Positions 1 to 11,514 of a stretch of DNA of 64,000 nt are shown here, piece after piece; position 1 is the stretch's first letter; every line of letters begins with the position of its first letter. Position numbers and translations under genes: made by a program. The notes under the pieces are model-generated. The model searched no databases, was not told where the DNA came from, and worked only from the letters and a program-made list of their open reading frames with translations. This stretch comes from Octopus bimaculoides. Its lineage: Eukaryota. The DNA lies in assembly GCF_001194135.2 (NCBI RefSeq), contig NC_068989.1, positions 81,052,897 through 81,116,896 on the forward strand, written 5' to 3'.

Positions 1-678
1 CCTGGATATTTTCAACTATGAAAAGACAAGCCATCGACTATTTGTTACACCTGCATGAGCTGAGTAAAATATTTTAAAATAGTAAATGGTTAGTTTCTAT
101 TTTACACAATTATTGCTTAAAGGAAATGAGCTGGTATAAGTTCTGTAATTTAAAGCAAAGAGATGATGTAGGTTATGTTATTTTAAGCAAATAAAAGAGT
201 CATCTTGGAAAATTACATGAATGTGTAGTAGGTTTATCATCAAGAGACAACTCTGACCAGATTTGAGCTTGAAGACATGAAATGATTATCGGCTTTGTCA
301 AGCAATCAACCAATTAATGTCATCCACAAGTTGCATCTTTCTTTTGTAGTAGTAAATTTGATATATTTTATAGATTTTTGGAACAAAATAAAATTTGAAA
401 GAAATGAGCTACAAAATTATTAATATCCAAATTTGACATAGAGGAAACAAACATATATATATATAAAAAGGTAATAGAAAATTTGAAGGCCATTAGGAAC
501 TAGAAATTAAAGACATACCTATTAATTTGCAGAGAAAGGGAAAAAGAGAGTTAGATGTGAAGTATGAGAAGATTTGAAAAAGCAGATGAAGAGAAGGAAA
601 TAAGAGAAGCATCCAGCTGTAAAATTAATCTAAGTCTTAGGCATTGTGAATGAAATGAAGTAAATATTGACTCCATAC

Positions 679-798
679 CTGCTTCTCCAGTTTCTATATC
701 ACCAGCTCGGGCCATCCTCACTTCAGTGGGGAAAAATGCCCGCTTTCTTTTCTTCCATCTTCTGGCAGGATAAGAATACAGTTGTCCTTGATTTTCAC
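679..798 (-). CDS. DPF2: d4/requiem (DPF1/2/3, BAF45) coding exon 3; gene continues beyond the left edge
   Basis: AG acceptor at 800-799 and GTATGG donor from 678. The 120-nt phase1/phase1 exon reads (G)ENQGQLYSYPARRWKKRKRAFFPTEVRMARAGDIETGEA. GQLYSYPARRWxKxxR is the hallmark Requiem_N motif. The symbol is nominal: invertebrates usually have one d4 gene co-orthologous to DPF1/2/3. Confidence 0.95.
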
Positions 799-1072
799 CT
801 TTAATTATTAAGCAAAAAAATTAGCATTAAAAGGAAATGTTTTGTTCAGAGTTATTAAAAAATGCGAAAGAGGAGCTTTTGTAAATCCAGCAAGAATGTT
901 GAAACAATGACCTAGAGAACTATTTTACTTTTTTCAATATTCAATTAAATACTACCTCAAGAAAATTTTAATAGTTATTTTTAAAATTAAACAATACTGG
1001 AAAGTAGCATAAAATATTCAAGAAAAACACTAACAGTTAAAATATAGAAAAATGGCTTAAAATATAGCTTAC

Positions 1073-1236
1073 CAGGGCATCTGTTTATGTACTGCTGCCA
1101 CAGAGTAGTGTGATTTTGAGCCACACCTGTCTGGGAATCCAGAAAAGGTTGTCTCATTTTTCTCTCAAGAGATATTCGAGTATTTAAACTTGCAGTTTGT
1201 TCAGCAGCTTCTTTCAAAAATTGTTCACTGACAATA
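1073..1236 (-). CDS. DPF2: d4/requiem (DPF) coding exon 2
   Basis: Polypyrimidine tract plus TAG acceptor (1238-1237) and GTAAGC donor from 1072. The 164-nt exon reads IVSEQFLKEAAEQTASLNTRISLERKMRQPFLDSQTGVAQNHTTLWQQYINRCP(G), containing the PFLDSQTGVAQ signature, and splices in frame to exon 3. Confidence 0.95.
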
Positions 1237-3680
1237 CTACAAATGAGAAGAATGAAAAACATCTACATCTAAAACGCTTTTTTTAATTTCAAAATTGGGC
1301 TTATGAGGTGGTAGTAAGATACATAAAATGCAGAGAAAACAATATTTACTGATAGTCATTGGAATAAAAGAATTAAAATCAACTTCTAAGGTTGTAAATA
1401 TAATAAAAGGAACCAAATGGGATGAGAGAAATGAGATTATGTTTTATATCAATGGCATCGAGCTATGACCAAGATAAATGATTTGCCATAATAAGATTTC
1501 ATATACGAACTATGTTGTCTATCAAACCAATAGGCATGCTTTTAAGTGGTCACTGAAAGTCTAAGAAATAGCAGCCAAAATGTCCTTAAACTATACTCTA
1601 TCATTGTAAAAAAAATCCCCCAAAACTACAGACAATAAAAGTCAAAACCAGAATGATTTTGATCATAGGTCTGCTCAATTAAGACTAGCCTAATGTTAAA
1701 CAACAGCATATATCAATGATGTGATAAATAGGTTTACAAAGGATAAAAAATCAAAGCTTTAAATACACTGCAAACAAGCACTGGTGAAAGTGATAATGCA
1801 AACTGTGATTATAGACACAAGACTTCTCTGAGGGTTTACTGGTGGGGAAGTAGTGACATCTGTTGATGTAATTAGGGATGTGAGCAAAACTATAAACAAT
1901 ATTATATAGCAAGTACAGAGTATGTTCTTGATTTTATTGGCAACAAACTGTCGCTCAAAAGGAAAAGTTGACTATGTGTCACAAGTGTGGTGTTGCACAT
2001 CAATGAAACAAGGCAAAATGAAATCAGGAGACTTAGTAACTATAGAAGATGACAATGATACAGACTTAAGCGAGTTAAAGAAATTACTGTATAACAGAAG
2101 AATTACTCAGAGTACGTAAAAAAAAAAAAAAAGAACTGCACTGAAAGGAATTCATTTGTTCATTTTAAGTCTCTTTTTCCAATGCTAGCATGGTTTGGAT
2201 GAATACTTAATACTGAGGCAGTATTTTATAGTGGTCATTCTTTGTATCACTGACCCTTCACATTTTCAAATAAAGGACTTTTTATTACACTTATATTCAA
2301 AAGCAATGAGTTACAAATTAATTTGTTAGCAGGGAATGCCAACACAATGTCATCATTTTTCCTTAAATGGCTTCAAACAAGGCCACAACATGTAAACATT
2401 CACACAGATACATACACCCACAAACAAAATGAACTCCCATAGAGTTTTTGCCTACCAATTCTACCCATTGGTCGACCAGAGGTTATAGTACAAGACACTT
2501 ACCCAATTACTACACAATGTACAAATTCACAAAGCAAACTCTACATCCACAGTCACACCTATATGCAACACAAATAGATGATAGCTATTAAATGAATACG
2601 TAGATCCCTGGAGCAAAACCAAAATAGATGACACCATAGAAAATTAGGTCACACTCAGAAGATGACAAAAATAAAGATGATCAAGAGATATGTAGTTGCA
2701 TTACCAAGTGTATCCCGGATTCAGGATAGGTACACCATGTCCCTACATGTCATAAGAGGCAACTAAAAGAATTGGAGACAGAAAAGGCATTTAGCCATTA
2801 ATAACTGCTTCAGAAAACCTGTCCAATCCATGTCAGTATGGAAAAGCAGACATATGGCAATGCTGGTGACGATCAGGAGATGTGCTATCACAAAGATTCA
2901 TCTGAATAGAAAGTAGATGTTAAGTGATAATAAAGATGAGAATGTCATTTCATATGCTACCAAGGGTGGGAAAATTGCTTCCATTTCATCAGCAGTTTCT
3001 ATAATTGACAGTTTTCTCTTAGCTTCAACTTCCTTATATTGGTTCTACTTCATTATCAAACTTCCTTCATTTGAAATCTTCTGTAATTATAAACACTACT
3101 ATCTCTTTAATTATCATACTTTTCCATGCATCTTTTATTTCTCGGGCAAACTGGCAACTAATATCATTTAACTCATCTTGAACTTGGACCTAACAACCTT
3201 GTCCAACCCATGCCAGCATGGAAACGTAATGTAAAACAATGAGAACGGTGGTGGTGATGACACTGCTAGTTGATATCTGTGAATTATTAAGTGTTTGATT
3301 AATGAATATTAAAACTCTGCTCAATCACACCTGTAACTGGTAACAAAAAAATCCTCAAAAGTGTCAGTCATCACATAATTTAGATACTACAATACACTGG
3401 TTTTTCTTTCATTGCAGATCTTATCTAAATCAGTGCTTAATAACCAATGTGTCACAAAACGGACTACGGTTGGAATATTTTATTTCTGATTTTTCACACC
3501 CATAGATTAAATTTAAACAATGATTATTAGTTTCATCAGCAACAGCTTATCTTTACACACTAATCTAAATACATTTTATTTAACAGTTATATGATGTCTT
3601 AGCTGTCTGGTTAAGATGTTCATCTCAGAACTGAATGGTTTTGGGTTCAGTCCAATGTGCATCCTGCTCAGATTATAGTT

Positions 3681-4208
3681 TTGGGAGTTGTGGCATCAGA
3701 TGGCAAAAAAAAAAAAAAAAAAATGCCCCATCATTTTTTTCAAACCTGGTGAGAGAATCGGTGCTGATGTCTATTACAAAGTGTTAAGATATCATGTCCT
3801 GACTTGCCTTAAGACTAATTACCCTGAACTTAATTATGTGTGGACTCAGGATTAAGTACCTGCTCATACAGCGAAGAAAGTACAAAAATTTAGCTGATTT
3901 TTGGCCCTCCACCAGCCAGATTTGAATTCGCTGGACTATTCTATTTGGGGTAATTTAGAGCAGTCTACCAATAGAGCTTCTCATCCTAGCACTGAAAACC
4001 TCAAGTAGGTTTTGAAGGAAGAATGGATCAAATTGTCTGAACATTTTACTATAAAAACCGTATTCAATTGGTGAACACATTGAGTAGTCTCTTATAGGCA
4101 GTAATAACTTGTGTATATATAATTTTACTATATGTTGATTCTTCCATGTACAATAAAACATTTTCAGATTTCATTTGGCTTTTCTAAGTTTTGTTTCTCT
4201 GGCCTGTA
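3681..4208 (+). mobile_element. Degenerate Tc1/mariner DD37D (maT-like) transposase 3' half, in DPF intron 1
   Basis: Frame-shifted translation LGVVASDGKK..FFKPGERIGADVYYKVLRYHVL..LKTNYPELNYVWTQD*VPAHTAKKVQKF..FWPSTS(P)DLNSLDYSIWGNLE; Asp at the third catalytic position; ends in ...CCTGTA. Confidence 0.8.
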
Positions 4209-4337
4209 CTATTCTTGTTAAAGAATAATAAACTTGTACTCTACCAAAAGGACTGAGAAATCCTTCAGTTTAAAGTACAATTGTTTTTATTGTAACATAA
4301 AAACAAATAATATATATGTATGTATATTTGTGTCTTT

Positions 4338-4550
4338 TTGCCTTGACATCATGTAGTAGTTGTAAATGCAGTGTCATTCATTCCGAATCTTCTGGGAAAA
4401 TATGTCTAGCCATGGGGAAATTTTCCCTTGCTTGAAAATAGATGAAGGTTGGTGATATGAAGGGCATCCAGCCATAGAAAAATCTACCTCAATAAATTTC
4501 GTCCAACCCATGCAAACATGGAAAAGAGGATGTTAAAATGATGATTGATG
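4338..4550 (+). mobile_element. SINE-like repeat family D with RTE-type 3' tail
   Basis: Matches copies at about 26200-26440, 52380-52590 and 61510-61690 (GGAAATxTTxCCTTGCTTGGAAAC..GGGCATCCAGC..CCCATGCAAGCATGGAAAA..(GAT)n). Confidence 0.7.
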
Positions 4551-5084
4551 ATATTTTAATATATGCCCGAGAAGGATGACGGTTGAGTGAAGAAGTACCA
4601 CCCAATCCAACTGGAAAGAACCTTTGAAAGATAAAAATCAAGGAAGATGTAGATAGTGGCGAAAGCTTCAGAATTCTAAACTTCATGAAAAAGATGATAA
4701 TGGACTGTACCAAGTGATGTGGAAGACCTATCCAACACATGCAAGCATGGGAAAATGGGACATAAAAATGACATATACTCTAATGGCAAAGATTCATTTA
4801 AAACATTATTATGGACAATAGTTGGAGAAGTGACTTAGTGTAAACTCTAATGCATCATTGTAGAGATAATTTTAGTGCATTGACTATTAGGAAAAAGTTT
4901 AGCAATGAACTCAATAATTTTTAAATATGTGAGTGTCCATCAGAGCTATGGGTAGTCCATTTCTTTTCTTTATTTTAGTCCTTCTATCGTGACATCATAT
5001 TACTTTCTAGCATATCTGCTCCTATCACTGTCATAATTTCACAACCCTCAAAATTATATCTCATTCAGCTGAGAGATGGGGGTC

Positions 5085-5245
5085 TTGCCTTGCAAGTACT
5101 TGGTAACCTCACCAGTGTGGGTACACTTTGTAAAGTGGTTAGGATTAGGAAGGGCTGACACTGGAGCTCAATGGCTCATCAGTTCCTGTTAACCTGTCCA
5201 GCCCATACTAACATGGAAAAAGGGACGTTAAAAATGATAATGAAT
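5085..5245 (+). mobile_element. SINE-like repeat family F with RTE-type tail
   Basis: TTGCAAGTxACTTGGTxACCTCACxAGTG..TTAGGAAGGGC..CATGGAAAA..GATGAT; related copies at about 17105-17300, 20560-20940, 28505-28740, 36955-37180 (-), 45350-45490 (-) and 47290-47465. Confidence 0.6.
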
Positions 5246-5431
5246 CTACTGGTGATTTGCTCCTCAATGCAGGATTTGTTAGAAAATTACATTTTAAATC
5301 TTGGAAAGAGTAGATTTGAATGAAAATACTAGAAGGTGCCCATTAATGACTAAACACTAGCAAGAGCTAATAAAGGAGACCAGCAACTGGGAAATGTCTT
5401 TGTCTAATGTATACTTTTGCTATTATTTAGT

Positions 5432-5635
5432 CTTGGCAGAATCATTAGCACACTGTGCAAAATGCTTAGCAGCATTTCATCTACCTTTTACATCCTGAGT
5501 TCAAATTCCGCCCAGGTTGACTTATCCTTTTAGGGTCGATGAAATAAGTACTAGTCAAGCACTAGGGTTGATGTAATCAACTGTCACCTTCCCCAAAAAT
5601 TTCAGATCTTGTGCCTCTAGTAGAAAGGATTAATT
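5432..5635 (+). mobile_element. SINE family A copy
   Basis: GGCAGAATCxTTAGCA..AAATGCTTAGC..GAGTTCAAATTCCGCC.AGGTTGAC..GGGTCGAT.AAATAAGTAC..GCCTTGTGCC core, recurring more than 12 times in the window. Confidence 0.8.
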
Positions 5636-7227
5636 AGTTAATTTGCCCCGAGTTAGCAAACCTCTGATCAAAAGCATTCCAATTGTAACCATCCCATTAT
5701 TTTAAAGGATATCTAGGACTACCACAAGGCAATCTATCCAACTGTTCTAACAACCATAGCTAAACTTCCACCTTTATACGTTAGTTGGAAAAGGTACAAA
5801 AACACCATCAGCAGAACATTCTGGTAACAGAACCAAAATCTAGGTGTACTTGAGTACCTAATATGTTTGTATCCATATCGTTCCTGGAACATAGAAGATA
5901 ATTTCTAAGTGAATAAGATAATGCCTGGAGCACAGGTGCTTTGCTGTCTCAAGTTCACCAAAAAGCCATGAAACACTGGGATTTTCTGGGAAAATTACAT
6001 GCACTGAGACATGACCTTGCCATGAGATGTTTTTATTCTCATGTACTTCGGTTTATTTCAACCAGTTAAGTACCAACTCTATGGGGTTGCTGTGATTTGT
6101 GAGAGGGCTAACTTTTCAGAACTGGGAGTTTTCATGAGATAGGATTTCTGAATGGTGGCAGGGGTAAAATAAGGGTAACATTTTCAATTAGACTTGGATC
6201 AATTAGTGGCTTCAGAAGCTAACTCAATTTTTTTTTAAAAAGGACAAAAATCAACAGTACAAAAAGTTGAAGAACGAGATCATTGAAAACCCAAGAATAC
6301 CAGACAGTCATCTTGCACAATACATCATTTTATCTTTAACATTTAAAATATAATAGATTAAAGACGGAACATAATAAAACATTGAAAAAGGCATAACAAT
6401 GAAGTTAGAAATAAAGGAGTAAAAATGAAAACACTTTTAATTTTTTGTAACTAGCAGCTATCTTCAAACATTTCCTCAGAAAGCTTGAAAAAGATGACAT
6501 CACACTACTTTTTAAAATATATTGTATTTTAACAATGATTCTGATAAAAAAAAATACCAATTTGGAGTCATAAAATAGGGAGGGTATATTATATAAACAT
6601 CAACTATGTTACATAGATAAAGATTGTTTCAGTAGTTAGGTAAAACTCGTGATTGTTTTCAAAAAAATAGCGAACTCAATATGTAGAAGAGAAATGAATA
6701 AATTAACTTAGACTAGCTAAAACGTTTCAGACAATAAATGAAAGGTTTGTGTGGAATATACGCATACAATACATCTATGTGTGTGTACAACGATGAAATA
6801 AAGCCCACGGTTTAATCCTTCTCTAGTTCGCAATAATAAAAACAAAGGGGAATCAGAAGAAAGAGGAGATTAAAAGGAATTTAGAAAAGCTAAGACATCA
6901 AAATGGCCACCTTTCAAAAAAAAAAGACCGACAAAAAAACATATATAATACATACAATATACACACACATTGCACCACTGAATAAATTAGCGAAGAGATT
7001 ATAACTAGAAATATATAACAGAAAACATCAACCCTGACCAAAAAATCTACAGTGATGTAATAACTACCGTTAATTTTTCACGACTGTCACAATATTGACT
7101 GATATGGTTGCAGCAAAAGAAAACCCCTCAAAACGTAGAAGTTCCCGTTCTATTATAAATAGGTTTTATATAAAAGGAAGATAGTTTAATGCAATTTGAG
7201 CATTTTATTTCTATTTCTCTTCAACTT

Positions 7228-7273
<46 letters not shown>

Positions 7274-7417
7274 GTATTAGGGAAAAGAACCAAGGTTCAT
7301 GAACTCATCGATGAAAATCCAGTCACATATATTTTACTCTGTAAAGCTCAATTTAATTTTAATTTTTTATAAATTGATTTTAATTGAGTTTTTACATGTA
7401 ATTTTGGATTTTGTCCC

Positions 7418-7469
<52 letters not shown>

Positions 7470-8911
7470 TACAGGATACATCTATATATGCTTTTACTTC
7501 ACGATCATACAATGTGTATTAGTTATGTTGCATTTAATTTAAAACTGCAGCAATTAAACTTTAAAATGGAGAGACGAACTGCTGCTAAGACATCGTTGGG
7601 CCAGGTAAAAAAAAACAGTAGCCAACTCTGCCTCAAATTAACCTTAACGTCTTTAAAAAGAAAATGGACACTGAACAATGTTGTTGCTGATTTATCAATG
7701 GGACTGATGATACAAGGCCAGCTAGAAATAACAGCCACATTACATCCCAATCACATACTAATGTCTTGAACAATGCAATTATATATTAACAAACAGAAAA
7801 AAAGAAAAGATTGAGGTGCCTTAACAGGAAGACGATTTTCCTGAGAAATTGACAAAATACACACATATGCTGTAAAAAAAAAAGCAATGCAATTTTGTTA
7901 AGGGGAGGGGTTAAATTATTTCAATGAGTATATACTTGGTTCGTTGATGTCATATACTATATATACAGTGTGTGTATATACTACATCCATGTTATATATA
8001 AATATTATGTGTGTGTTTTGTAATAATTAAATTCGTTGGTGTTATATATGTATATAATTAACATAATTTTTATTCAATAAAAAAAAAATTGGCAGCAGGT
8101 TGGAGGCAAATTAATTTCGTCCTCAGAATGAAAAATAAATTATACAATTGGTAGTACCAGTCAAATAAGTGGATCGATTTAATATCCTTATATAAAGCAT
8201 CCTACATGTGAATAGGAATTATAATAGATGTAAGTCTACTATTATAATGCCTGCTCACATGTAGGACTTGTATAAAAAAATGTTTTCTCACAAACGTTGA
8301 GAATATTAGCAAGACGAGAATATGGTTTGAAGTTAACTGTGTATAATGATAATTTTTTTTTTTTTAATGTTTTTTTTTATATTGATATGAAAGGATAACT
8401 GGAAATATATCATTTTCTTATTTAATAACAATATTTCCTGGTATGAGCAGAAGGGAAAAAAACTATATCATAACAAGATATAATTGATTTCATAGAGACA
8501 CCAAGGATGTTAAAGGGGTGGGTATAAGTCGGAATAGGTCGACATCAATACTCAACCAGTATTATTAATTTTATCGACTCCGGGAGGATAAAATGAAAAT
8601 CAAGGAATTCGAAATCAAAATGCTGTGGTATGCAATTTAAATTACCACAAAGCAGGATTTATTATTCATATAAAACGATTCTGATTTTCCACTACTCCTC
8701 ATAACAAAATATATTAACATTTATGATGAGTCAACGCTACAGAAACAAAAAACAACCTCCAGCATATTTCAAGTGCTGCTTTATGTGGTGTTCTTTGTTT
8801 CACAAACAGGCGGTATGATCAACGTTTAATATTTCCCAGTATTACTACAATATTATTATTGTTATATAGTTGTAAATCGAAGGCTACTATATGTATATAT
8901 ATTATACATAC

Positions 8912-8931
8912 CATTTCCTATAAAGGGCCAT
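8912..8931 (-). CDS. DPF2: Predicted d4/DPF first coding exon (20 nt, MALYRK + split Cys codon)
   Basis: Minus strand ATG GCC CTT TAT AGG AAA TG|GTATGT: a strong donor in the phase (2) needed to join exon 2 (TG|T = Cys), directly below a CpG-rich promoter motif cluster. Implies a 7675-nt intron 1 (1237-8911). Confidence 0.7.
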
Positions 8932-8939
8932 CGCGCTCG

Positions 8940-9030
8940 TTTTCACTGGAAAAGAATAAGAGGAATGAAATGACAGCGTCACGTGACGTAATTACCCGGT
9001 ATGTCAGAGGTCACTTCCGGTTCGTCTTGT
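8940..9030. promoter_or_regulatory. Putative DPF core promoter: palindromic E-box, CRE-like and ETS sites
   Basis: Perfect 12-bp palindrome CGTCACGTGACG (8977-8988) containing GTCACGTGAC, overlapping TGACGTAA (8984-8991), and CACTTCCGGT (9012-9021, = ACCGGAAGTG ETS consensus), 45-90 nt upstream of the predicted ATG in CpG-rich sequence. Confidence 0.65.
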
Positions 9031-9164
9031 TTCATTATAGTCTCATTCAAATTTTGCTGTCGGCAGTTTCACATTTTGTCCTTTTCGGTATCGATTAAAA
9101 TAAGTGTTCCCCAATTACTGAGAGTGAATTTGATTCAATGTCTATTCCAAATAATAATTTTTTT

Positions 9165-9385
9165 TCTTCTGTAGGCACAAAGCCTGAAATTTTAGAGGAA
9201 GTGTGCTAATTGATCACATCGACTCCATTGCTCAACTGTAAATTATTTTTCATTGACCCAGCAAGGATGAAAAGCAAAATTGACCTCAGCGAAATTTAAA
9301 TTTAGAGCGTAAAGACGGACAAAATGCTGCTAAACATGTTGTCCAATGTGTTAACAATTCTGCCAGCTCGTTGCCTTTCTCCTCC
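9165..9385 (-). mobile_element. SINE family A copy
   Basis: Reverse complement of the family A core. Confidence 0.75.
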
Positions 9386-9479
9386 AAATTATAATAATTG
9401 ACCTTTTTATTATATGCACAAAGCCTGAAATATTGGGGAGGGAGTTAGTCAGGCGAAGGTAAAGCGCGTGCACACCACC

Positions 9480-10360
9480 CATTTTCGACTTTTTTTCCGA
9501 AATTTCTACAGATCTCTGTTTATCTTTCTCCCTTCCCACCCCAATTTCTTAATTTTTAACTTTTTTAGAATTTTTTAAATTAATCCACGTAGAAAAATAC
9601 AGAGATTCGAATCTGAGGATTTTTAAAAAATTAATTTTAATTTTTCTAATAGAAATGCTCAATGCTCCTTTCCCCACTTCTCCCACTCATCACCTCCCCG
9701 CTTTCAAAAAGTTAAAAACTCCGAATGTTTCACTTTCGTCTGATGTTTCTACACCAGAATTCTACGCTAAAAGTGAAACATTCGGAGTTTTTAGCTTTTT
9801 TAAAGTGGGAAGGTGAAGGGTGGAGGTTGGGAAAGGGGAATGAGTGTTTCTTTAAAAAAAAAAATTTTTTTAATTTCGAAAAAAAGTTAAAAATTAAAAT
9901 ATTGGGGTGGGGAAAGAGGAAATTGAAATTTTGAAAACACGTTTTTGAGGCAAAATTCTAATCTCCTATATCAAAAACAGGAATCTGAAGAAATNNNNNN
10001 NNNNNNNNNNNNNNNNNNNNNNNNNNNNNNNNNNNNNNNNNNNNNNNNNNNNNNNNNNNNNNNNNNNNNNNNNNNNNNNNNNNNNNNNNNNNNNNNNNNN
10101 NNNNNNNNNNNNNNNNNNNNNNNNNNNNNNNNNNNNNNNNNNNNNNNNNNNNNNNNNNNNNNNNNNNNNNNNNNNNNNNNNNNNNNNNNNNNNNNNNNNN
10201 NNNNNNNNNNNNNNNNNNNNNNNNNNNNNNNNNNNNNNNNNNNNNNNNNNNNNNNNNNNNNNNNNNNNNNNNNNNNNNNNNNNNNNNNNNNNNNNNNNNN
10301 NNNNNNNNNNNNNNNNNNNNNNNNNNNNNCAGGGGAGAAAATGTCGAGAAATGGGGTAAA
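9480..10360. repeat. Large imperfect fold-back (inverted-repeat) element, partly in an assembly gap
   Basis: 31-bp stem 9706-9736/9770-9800 (23 bp perfect, one G-T) with a 33-nt loop; outer C-rich/G-rich arms pair (9533-9566 with 9880-9914); ACCCATTTTCGAC near 9477-9489 loosely mirrors GTCGAGAAATGGGGT after the gap. Confidence 0.7.
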
Positions 10361-11300
10361 GAAACAGAAACAGGTATTAAGTAAATAAACAGATTAACAT
10401 ATGGAAAAATAAATTAGCATCACTTTATGTATAAGAAAACATCTTTTCTCAAGACAAAAATATTTTCTATTTTAATTATATTCACAGTGAGGTCTAAACC
10501 ATCATCATCATCAGCAACATTACCATTTATCCTGTCAAATATTCTCCCATGGTCTTAACATATGCCCTACCCATCTCTACTTTATATTTTATATGGTGCT
10601 TGGTAAGTTCAAGTTTGAATTGGACCCAGAGGTCTGTGTTAACAACAATCTAATGTTTAGGATATTTCTGAGACATATATCATCATCATTACCACCACCA
10701 TCATCATATTCAACACTGCCACCACCAATGTTGTCATCATTATGATCATCACTATGATTCCTAAAAAAATAAATATTGACTCTCTGCAATATGTTCTGTT
10801 CTGTATGTGTTCTCCCACCCCCAACCTTGCTTCCATACCATCCCTATCATTTTTACTTCCTTTTTTGCACAGCTATGCCAAATGATCCTCAGTTTCCTGC
10901 CCTTCTGGGTTCCATTCAAAGGCTTGCTTTGCTAAACCTCCTTCTGGATCTTAACATCTACTTACCTATCTTTACTATTTGTTTCCAGATTAAGGCAGTA
11001 AACCAACAGGATCATTAGCCCTTTAGACAAAACGCTTAGTGGCATTTTTTCCTGCTCTTTATGTTCTGAGCTCAAATTCTGATGAGATCAGGTTTGCTTT
11101 TCAACTTTTTTGGGGTCAATAAAATAAAGTATCAGAAAAGCACTTTCTTGACTTGCCCCTCTATCCTCAAAATTGCAGGCGTTGTGGCACATTCTGATGT
11201 GGAAGCCATGAATTTAAGCTTGAGATCATGCTGGTTTGATGAGCCTAGACTGCTACACTGGTTCGACATGGCTTGGTTGCTACATCAATTATTATTAAAG

Positions 11301-11514
11301 TTGCCAGTGCCGCCTGACTGGCCTTCATGCCGGTGGCACGTAAAAGCACCCACAACACTCTCGGAGTGGTCGGCGTTAGGAAGGGCATCCAGCTGTAGAA
11401 ACTCTGCCAAATCAGATTGGAGCCTGGTGTAGCAATCTGGTTTCACCAGTCCTCAGTAAAATCGTCCAACCCATGCTAGCATGGAAAGCGGATGTTAAAC
11501 GACGATGATGATGA
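11301..11514 (+). mobile_element. RTE LINE 3' UTR fragment
   Basis: Same sequence as the 3' UTR attached to RTE ORF ends at 32930-33614 and 53925-54860; ends in (GAT)n. Confidence 0.85.

Noticed and set aside
1-70. Possible DPF exon 4 behind CAG acceptors on the minus strand at about 50-62
   Set aside because: Both acceptors, read in the required phase, reach TAG within about 15 codons and show no DPF similarity.
987-1262. ORF-track 91-aa ORF as a complete protein
   Set aside because: Only 1236-1073 is exon; the MFFILLICS start and the post-GKLY tail are intron read-through.
7566-7604. Plus-strand AAAATGG..CAG|GTAAAA mini-exon (MERRTAAKTSLGQ) antisense within DPF intron 1
   Set aside because: Good start context and donor, but only 13 codons, no recognisable product and no downstream partner exon; compatible with chance.
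10488-10602. Plus-strand candidate exon with CAG acceptor and G|GTAAGT donor downstream of the promoter
   Set aside because: Stops in all three frames, and about 20 GTAAGT hexamers are expected by chance in 64 kb at this composition; needs RNA evidence.
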